DNA of 64,000 bases from the human T2T-CHM13v2.0 reference genome, Homo sapiens: assembly GCF_009914755.1 (NCBI RefSeq), contig NC_060937.1; one strand, given 5' to 3'. Positions 55,141-64,000 of this stretch are shown here, one piece after another (positions within the stretch are counted from its first letter, which is position 1; each line of letters begins with the position of its first letter). Made by a program: the position numbers and the translations under genes. The notes under the pieces are model-generated. The model was not told the DNA's origin, made no database searches, and was given only the letters and a program-made list of their open reading frames with translations.

Positions 55141-57359
55141 TTGATTCTATTCCATTCCATTCCATTCCATTCCATTCCATTCCAATCCATTCCATTCCAC
55201 TCGGGTTGATTCCATTCCATTCCATTCCACTCCACTCGGGTTGATTCCATTCCACTCCATTCCATTCCCTTCCATTCCATTCCATTCCATTCCATTGCAT
55301 TCCATTCCATTCCATTGCATTCCATTCCATTCCATTCCATTCCACTCTTGTTGATTCCCTTCCATTGCATTCCATTCCATTCCATTCCACTTGGGTTGAT
55401 TCCATTCCTTTCCTTTTCATTTCATTCTATACCATTCCATTCCATTCCATTCTGTTCCATTCCATTTGTGTTGACTCCATTCCACTCCATTCCACTCCAT
55501 TCCAATCCATTACATTCCACTCGGATTGAATCCATTCCTTTCCATTCCAATCCATTCCATTCCTTTCCTATCCATTCCATTGCATTCAATTCCACTTGGA
55601 TTCAATCATCTATTCTTTCCATTCCATTCCATTCCGTTCCATTCCATTCCATTCCATTGCATTAGATACCATTCCATTCCACTAGGGATGATTCCATTCA
55701 ATTCCATTATATTGCGTTCAATTCCAATGCATTCCATTCCATTAGATTCTACTCGGGTGGATTGCATTCCATTGCATTCCATTCCATTCCACTCGGGTTG
55801 ATTCCATTCCGTTCCTTTCCATTTCATTTCATTCCATTCCATTCCATTCCACTCCATTAAATTCCACTCCACTCTGGTTAATTCCATTCCACTTCTTTCC
55901 ATTCCATTTCACTCGAGTTGATTCCATTCCATTCCATTCCATTCCACTCGGGTTGATTCCTTTCCATTTCATTCCAATCCATTCCATTCCATTCCATTCC
56001 ACTCCATTCCATTCAATTCCATTACACTCCATTCCAATCCATTCCATTCCACTCGGGTTGATTCCATTCCATTCCATTCCACTCCACTCGGTTTGATTCC
56101 ATTCCAATCCATTCCATTCCATTCCATTCCATTCCATTCCATTCCATTCCATTCCATTGCATTCCATTCCATTCCATTGCATTCCATTCCATTCCATTCC
56201 ACTGGTGTTGATTCCCTTCCATTCCATTCCATTCCATTCCACTTGGGTTGATTCCATTCCTTTCCTTTTCATTTCATTCCATACCATTCCATTCCATTCC
56301 GTTGCATTCCATTTGTGTTGATTCCATTCCATTCCATTCCACTCCATTCCAATCCATTACATTCCACTCGGATTGAATCCATTCCTTTCCATTCCAATCC
56401 ATTCCATTTCTTTCCATTCCATTCCATTCCATTCAATTCCACTTGGATTCAATCATCTATTCTTTCCATTCCGTTCCATTCTGTTCCATTCCATTCCATT
56501 GCATTAGATACCATTCCATTCCACTAGGGATGATTCCATTCAATTCCATTATATTGCGTTCAATTCCAATGCATTGCATTCCATTAGATTCTACTCGGTT
56601 GGATTGCATTCCATTCCATTCCATTCCATTCCATTCCACTCGGGTTGATTCCATTCCGTTCCTTTCCATTTCATTTCATTCCATTCCATTCCATTCCATT
56701 CCACTCCATGAAATTCCACTCCACTCCGTTTTATTCCATTCCACTTCATTCCATTCCATTTCACTCGAGTTGATTCCATTCCATTCCATTCCATTTTATT
56801 CCATTCCATTCCGTTCCATTCCTTTCCATTCCAAACCATTCTACTCGGGTTGATTCCATACCATTCCATTGCATTCCATTCCATGAAATTCCGTTCTATT
56901 CCACTCTACTCGGGTTGATTCCTTTCCATTCCATTCCATTCCATTCCATTCCATTCCTTTCCATTCCATTCCAATCCATTCCATTCCACTCCACTCCACT
57001 CTATTCCATTCCACTCCACTCGGGTTGATTCAATTCCATTCCATTCCAATCCATTCCATTCCTTTCCATTCCATTCCATTCCATTCCATTCCGGTTCATT
57101 CCATTCCATTCCATTCCATTCCATTCCATTCCATTCCAATCCATTCCATTCCTTTCCATTCCATTGCATTCCATTCCATTCCATTCCATTCCATTGCATT
57201 CCATTCCATTCCATTCCATTCCATTCCATTGCATTCCATTCCATTCCATTCCATTCCATTCCATTGCATTCCATTCCATTCCATTCCATTCCATTCCATT
57301 CCATTCCATTCCATTCCCTTCTAATCCATTCCATTCCATTCCATTCGATTCCATTCCAC

Positions 57360-60300
57360 TCGTGTTGATTCCATTCCAATCCATTTTACTCCATTCCATT
57401 CCACTCAGGTTGATTCCATTCCAATCCTTTTTACTCCTTTCCATTCCTTTCCATTCCATTCCATTCCATACCATTCCACTCGGGTTGATTCCATACCATT
57501 CCATTCCATTCCACTCGAGTTGGTTCCATTCCATTCCATTCCATTCCATTCCATTCCATTCCATTCAACTCCATTCCATTCCATTCCATTCCTCTCCTTT
57601 CCATTCCATTCCATTTCACTCGGGTTGATTCCATTCCATTCCATTCCACTCCACTCCACTCCAATGCATTCCATTCCACTCGGGTTGATTCCATTCCATT
57701 CCATTCCAATCCATTCCACTCCATTTCATTCAATTCCATTGTATTCCACTCCACTCGGGTTGTTTCCATTCCATTCCAGTATTTTCCATTCCATTCCATT
57801 CCATTCCATTTGACTCAGGTTGATTTCGTTCCACTCCATTCCATTCCATTCCATTCCATTCCATTCCATTCCAGTTGATTCCATGGCATTCCATTCCGTT
57901 CCATTGCATTCCATTCCATTCCGTTCCACTCAGGTTGATTCGTTTCCCTTCCATTCCATTTTATTCCACTCCACTCGGGTTGATTCCATTCCATTCCATT
58001 CCATTCCATTCCATTCCATTGCATTCCATTCGTGTTGATTCCATTGCATTCCATTCCATTCCATTCCATTCCCCTTGGGTTGATTTCATTCCGTTCCTTT
58101 ACATTGCATTCCATTCCATTCGATTCCATTCCATTCCATTCCATTCCATTCCGTTCCATTCCATTCGTGTTGATGCCATTCCAATCCATAGCATTCCATT
58201 CCTTTCCATTTCATTCCTTTCGATTCCTTTCGTGTTGATTCCATTCCATTCCATTCCACTCCATTCAAATCCATTACATTCCACTCAGGTTGAATCCATT
58301 CCTTTCCATTCCAATCCGTTCCATTCCTTTCCAATCCATTCCATTCCATTCAATTCCACATGGATTCAATCTATTCTTTCCATTCCATTCTGTTCTGTTC
58401 CATTCAGTCCATTGCATTAGATACCATTCCATTCCACTCGGGATGAATCCGTTCAATTCCATTATATTCCGTTCAATTCCATTGCATTCCATTCCATTCC
58501 ATTCCACTCGGGTGGATTCCATTCCATTCCGTTCCACTCCATTCCATTCCACTCCACTCCGGTTGATTCCATTCCATTCCATTCCATTCCATTCCATTCC
58601 ATTCCATTCCATTCCACTCGGGTTGATTCCATTCCATTCCATTCCATTTTATTCCATTCCATTCCATTCCATTCCATTCCATTCCATTCCATTCCATTCC
58701 ATTCCATACCTTTCCACTCGGGTTGATTCCGTACCATTCCATTCCATTCCACTCGGGTTGATTCCTTTCCATTCCATTCCAATCCATTCCAATCCATTCC
58801 ATTCCATTCCATTCCAGTCCACTCGGGTTGATTCCATTCCAATCCATTCCATTCCATTCCATTCCATTCCATTCCATTCCATTCCATTGCATTCCATTCC
58901 ATTCCATTGCATTCCATTCCATTCCATTCCACTCTTGTTGATTCCCTTCCATTCCATTCCATTCCATTCCACTTAGCTTGATTCCATTCCTTTCCTTTTC
59001 ATTTCATTCCATACCATTCCATTCCATTCCATTCCATTCCGTTCCATTCCATTTGTGTTGATTCCATTCCATTCCATTCCACTCCATTCCAATCCATTAC
59101 ATTCCACTCGGATTGAATCCATTCCTTTCCATTCCAATCCATTCCATTCCTTTCCAATCCATTCCATTCCATTCAATTCCACTTGGATTCAATCATCTAT
59201 TCTTTCCATTCCATTCCATTCTGTTCCACTCCATTCCATTGCATTAGATACCATTCCATTCCACTAGGGATGATTCCATTCCATTCCATTATATTGCGTT
59301 CAATTCCAATGCATTCCATTCCATTAGATACTACTCGGGTGGATTGAATTCCATTCCATTCCATTCCATTCCACTCGGGTTGATTCCATTCCATTCCATT
59401 CCATTTTATTCCATTCCATTCCGTTCCATTCCATTCCATTCCATTCCATACCATTCCAGTCAGGTTGATTCCATACCATTCCATTCCATTCTACTCGGGT
59501 TGATTCCTTTCCATTCCTTTCCAATCCATTCCATTCCATTCCATTCCACTCCATTCCACACAATTCCATTACACTCCATTCCAATCCATTCCATTCCACT
59601 CGGTTTGATTCCATTCCATTCCATTCCACTCCACTCGGGTTGATTCCATTCCAATCCATTCCATTCCCTTCCATTCCATTCCATTCCATTCCACTGCATT
59701 CCATTCCATTCCATTGCATTCCATTCCATTCCATTCCACTCTTGTTGATTCCCTTCCATTCCATTCCATTCCATTCCACTTGGGTTGATTCCATTCCTTT
59801 CCTTTTCATTTCATTCCATACCATTCCATTCCATTCCAATCCGTTCCATTCCTTTTGTGTTGATTCCATTCCATTCCATTCCGCTCCATTCCAATCCATT
59901 ACATTCCACTCGGATTGAATCCATTCCTTTCCATTCCAATCCATTCCATTCCTTTCCAATCCATTCCATTGCATTCTATTCCACTTGGATTCAATCATCT
60001 ATTCTTTCCATTCCATTCCATTCTGTTCCATTCCATTCCATTGCATTAGATACCATTCCATTCCTCTAGGGATGATTCCATTCAATTCCATTATATTGCG
60101 TTCAATTCCAATGCATTCCATTCCATTAGATTCTACTCGGGTGGATTGCTTTCCATTCCATTCCATTCCATTCCATTCCACTCGGGTTGTTTCCATTCCT
60201 TTCCTTTCCATTTCATTTCATTCCATTCCATTCCATTCCACTCCATTAAATTCCTCTCCACTCCGGTTAATTCCATTCCACTTCATTCCATTCCATTTCA

Positions 60301-63300
60301 CTCGAGTTGATTCCATTCCATTCCATTCCATTCCAGTCGGGTTGATTCCTTTCCATTCCATTCCAATCCATTCCATTCCATTCCATTCCACTCCATTCCA
60401 TTCAATTCCATTACACTCCATTCCAATCCATTCCATTCCATTAGATTCTGCTCGGGTGGATTGCATTCCTTTCCATTCCATTCCATTCCACTCGGGTTGA
60501 TTCCATTGCATTCCGTTCCTTTCCAATGCACTTGGGTTGATTCCATTCCCTTCCATTCCCTTCCATTCCATTCCATTCCATTCCATTCCATTCCATTCAT
60601 TTACATTACACTCCGGTTGATTCCATAGCATTCCATTCCATTCCTTTCCATTCCAATCCATCCCATTCGGGTTGATTCCTTTCTATTCTGTTCCATTCCA
60701 TTTCTTTCCATTGCATTCCATTCCGTTCCATTCCATTCGGGTTGATTCCTTTCCATTCCATTCCATTCCATTCCATTCCATTCCATTCCATTCCACTCCA
60801 TTCCATTCCATTCCACTCCTTCACATTACATTCACTTCCACCCGGATTGATTCCATTCCATTCCATTCCAGTTGATTCCATTGGATTCGATTCTGTTCCT
60901 TTCCATTCCATTCCATTGCACTCGTGTTGATTCCATTCCGTTCCTTTCCATTCCATTCCTTTCCGTTCCATTCCATTCGTGTTGATTTCACTCCATTAGA
61001 CTCCAATCCATTGCATTCCATTTCAATCCATTCCATTCCATTCAATTCCACTCGCTTTCAATCCATTCCATTCCATTTCATTCCGTTCTGTTCCATTCCA
61101 TTCTATTGCATTCCATACCATTCCATTCCACTCGGGATGATTCCATTCCATTCCATTATACTCCGTTCCATTCCATTCCATTCCATTCCATTCCACTCGG
61201 GTTAATTCCATTCCATTCAATTCCATTCCATTCCATTCCAATCCATTCCATTCCATTCCATTCCCCTCGGGTTTTTTCCATTCCATTCCTTTCCATGTCA
61301 TTCTATTCCATTCCATTCCATTCCATTCTAATCCATTCCATTCCACTCCATTCCATTCCACTCCACTCCGGTTGATTCCATTCCATTCCATTCCATTCCA
61401 TTCCATTCCATTCCCTTCCATTCCACTCGTGTTGAGTCCATTCAAATACATTTTACTCCATTCCATTCCGTTCCATTCCATTCCATTCCATGCCATTCCA
61501 CTTGGGTTGATTCCATACCATTCCATTCCATTCCACTCGAGTTGATTCCATTCCATTCCATTCCATTCCTTTCCATTCCATTCCATTCCACTCGGGTTGA
61601 TTCCATTCCATTCCATTCCACTCCACTCCACTCCAATGCATTCCATTCCACTCGGGTTGATTCCATTCCATTCCATTCCAATCTATTCCATTACATTTCA
61701 TTCAATTCCATTGTATTCCATTCCACTCGGGTTGTTTCCATTCCATTCCAGTATTTTCCATTCCATTCCATTCTATTCCATTCCATTCCATTTGACTCAG
61801 GTTGATTTCGTTCCATTCCATTCCATTCCATTCCATTCCAGTTGATTCCATTGCATTCTATTCCGTTCCATTGCATTCCATTCCATTCCGTTCCACTCAG
61901 GTTGATTCGTTTCCATTCCATTCCATTTTATTCCACTCCACTCGGGTTGATTCCATTCCATTCCATTCCATTCCATTCCATTCCATTCCATTCCATTCCA
62001 TTGCATTCCATTCGTGTTGATTCCATTCCATTCCATTCCATTCCATTCCATTCCACTTGGGTTGATTTCATTCCGTTCCTTTACATTGCATTCCATTCCA
62101 TTCCATTCCATTCCGTTCCATTCCATTCGTGTTGATGCCATTCCAATCCATACCATTCCATCTCTTTCCATTCCATTCCTTTCGATTCCTTTCGTGTTGA
62201 TTCCATTCCATTCCATTCTACTCCATTCAAATCCATTACATTCCACTCGGGTTGAATCCATTCCTTTCCATTCCAATCCGTTCCATTCCTTTCCAATCCA
62301 TTCCATTCCATTCAATTCCACATGGATTCAATCTATTCTTTCCATTCCATTCTGTTCTGTTCCATTCCAGTCCATTGCATTAGATACCATTCCATTCCAC
62401 TCGGGATGAATCCGTTCAATTCCATTATATTCCGTTCAATTCCATTGCGTTCCATTCCATTCCATTCCACTCGGGTGGATTCCATTCCATTCCATTCCAC
62501 TCCATTCCATTCCACTCCACTCCGATTGATTCCATTCCATTCCATTCCATTCCATTCCATTCCATTCCATTCCATTCCATTCCATTCCATTCCATTCCAT
62601 TCCATTCCATTCCCCTCGGGTTGATTCCATTCCATTCCATTCCATTTTATTCCATTCCATTCCATTCCATTCCATTCCATACCTTTCCACTCGGGTTGAT
62701 TCCATACCATTCCATTCCATTCCACTCGGGTTGATTCCTTTCCATTCCATTCCAATCCATTCCATTCCACTCCATTCCATTCAATTCCATTACACTCCAT
62801 TCCAATCTATTCCATTCCACTCGGGTTGATTCCATTCCAATCCATTCCATTCCATTCCATTCCATTCCATTGCATTCCATTCCATTCCATTGCATTCCAT
62901 TCCATTCCATTCCACTCTTGTTGATTCCCTTCCATTCCATTCCATTCCATTCCACTTGGGTTGATTCCATTCCTTTCCTTTTCATTTCATTCCATACCAT
63001 TCCATTCCATTCCATTCCATTCCGTTCCATTCCATTTGTGTTGATTCCATTCCATTCCATTCCATTCCACTCCATTCCAATCCATTACATTCCACTCGGA
63101 TTGAATCCATTCCTTTCCATTCCAATCCATTCCATTCCTTTCCAATCCATTCCATTCCATTCAATTCCACTTGGATTCAATCATCTATTCTTTCCATTCC
63201 ATTCCATTCTGTTCCACTCCATTCCATTGCATTAGATACCATTCCATTCCACTAGGGATGATTCCATTCAATTCCATTATATTGCGTTCAATTCCAATGC

Positions 63301-63900
63301 ATTCCATTCCATTAGATACTACTCGGGTGGATTGCATTCCATTCCATTCCATTCCATTCCACTCGGGTTGATTCCATTCCTTTCCATTCCATTTTATTCC
63401 ATTCCATTCCGTTCAATTCCATTCCATTCCATTCCATACCATTCCACTCGGGTTGATTCCATACCATTCCATTCCATTCCACTCGGGTTGATTCCTTTCC
63501 ATTCCTTTCCAATCCATTCCATTCCATTCCATTCCACTCCATTCCATACAATTCCATTACACTCCATTCCAATCCATTCCATTCCACTCGGGTTGATTCC
63601 ATTCCATTCCATTCCACTCCACTCGGGTTGATTCCATTCCATTCCATTCCATTCCCTTCCCTTCCATTCTATTCCATTCCATTGCATTCCATTCCATTCC
63701 ATTGCATTCCATTCCATTCCATTGCATTCCATTCCATTCCATTCCACTCTTGTTGATTCCCTTCCATTCCATTCCATTCCATTCCACTTGGGTTGATTCC
63801 ATTCCTTTCCTTTTCATTTCATTCCATACCATTCCATTCCATTCCAATCCGTTCCATTCCTTTTGTGTTGATTCCATTCCATTCCATTCCACTGCATTCC
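57360..63900 (+). repeat. ~4.0 kb-offset duplication (~57360-59900 vs ~61430-63900)
   Basis: ORF pairs 57820/61802 and 58032/62014 are offset 3982, and 59344/63332 is offset 3988. Shared variants are CCAGTATTTTCC, GGTTGATTTCGTT, GGGATGAATCCGTT and ATTAGATACTACTC. Confidence 0.87.
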
Positions 63901-64000
63901 AATCCATTCCATTCCACTCGGGTTGATTCCATTCCATTCCATTCCACTCCACTCGGGTTGAATCCTTTCCAATCCATTCCATTCCCTTCCATTCCATTCC

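Larger units (their letters stand above)
1..64000 (+). repeat. Satellite 3 (HSat3/SatIII) array, (CATTC)n on + / (GGAAT)n on -, HSat3B-like
   Basis: Degenerate ATTCC pentamers fill the window end to end. They are interspersed with the classical Sat III decamer ACTCGGGTTG/ATTCGGGTTG (e.g. 40-49, 2537-2546, 63361-63370). The HSat2-type CATTCGATGATG-rich consensus is absent. The array continues past both window edges. Subfamily assignment is tentative. Confidence 0.97.

Noticed and set aside
245-63997. Hundreds of ORFs on both strands, the longest 45785-46879 (-, 364 aa), 38177-39205 (+, 342 aa) and 53695-54600 (-, 301 aa)
   Set aside because: A stop-free pentamer gives the same pentapeptide in all three frames (IPFHS on +, MEWNG on -), and ATG recurs every 5 bp on the - strand. 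The ORFs overlap in all frames and have no domains. Poly-WNGME is known from the SCA31 (TGGAA)n expansion, but nothing here indicates translation.
1-64000. CRISPR-like repeat/spacer appearance (decamer separated by variable sequence)
   Set aside because: The repeat is only 10 bp, and the spacers are variable-length CATTC runs rather than unique sequences. There is no leader and no cas gene.
1-64000. Transposon insertions, alpha satellite/CENP-B boxes, or strand inversion
   Set aside because: No non-pentameric stretch longer than ~20 bp, no poly(A) tail or TSD, no 171 bp unit, and no GGAAT run on the + strand were seen.
1-64000. Assignment as HSat2 or as the Y-chromosomal DYZ1 repeat
   Set aside because: It lacks the ATTCGATGATG-rich HSat2 consensus and the uniform ~3.6 kb DYZ1 periodicity. 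The abundance of the ACTCGGGTTG decamer points to another HSat3 group. The exact chromosome is not determinable without a search.
1-64000. A previously undescribed gene-based biological system
   Set aside because: There is no coding or structured-RNA evidence. All observed complexity is explained by satellite mutation and nested duplication.

Overview
The whole 64 kb is one uninterrupted classical pericentromeric satellite array of the human/hominid Satellite 3 (HSat3/SatIII) type. It consists of degenerate (CATTC)n on the + strand, (GGAAT)n on the - strand, punctuated every few tens of bases by the in-register decamer A(C/T)TCGGGTTG (CAACCCGA(G/A)T on the - strand) and its variants. This looks most like the HSat3B group, but subfamily, chromosome and species cannot be fixed by eye. 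I see no genes, RNA genes, transposon insertions, CRISPR arrays or strand inversions. Every ORF in the track is the trivial translation of the pentamer (IPFHS on +, MEWNG on -). The real structure is nested higher-order repetition, readable from rare variant motifs and the offsets between matching ORFs. From left to right there are ~2.5 kb and ~1.9 kb duplications (1-7 kb), a young ~5.1 kb dimeric HOR (7-24 kb) containing an apparently identical 2.7 kb pair at 5105 bp offset, a 470 bp tandem duplication, a compositional switch at ~25-28 kb, and more diverged ~3.6, ~7.1, ~2.5 and ~4.0 kb duplications. All are assembled from a shared set of reshuffled modules. I found no evidence of a novel protein-coding system. 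The points worth a second look concern satellite architecture, CpG decay, and possible TF-platform or structural roles. Duplication boundaries are approximate (about +/-50 bp).
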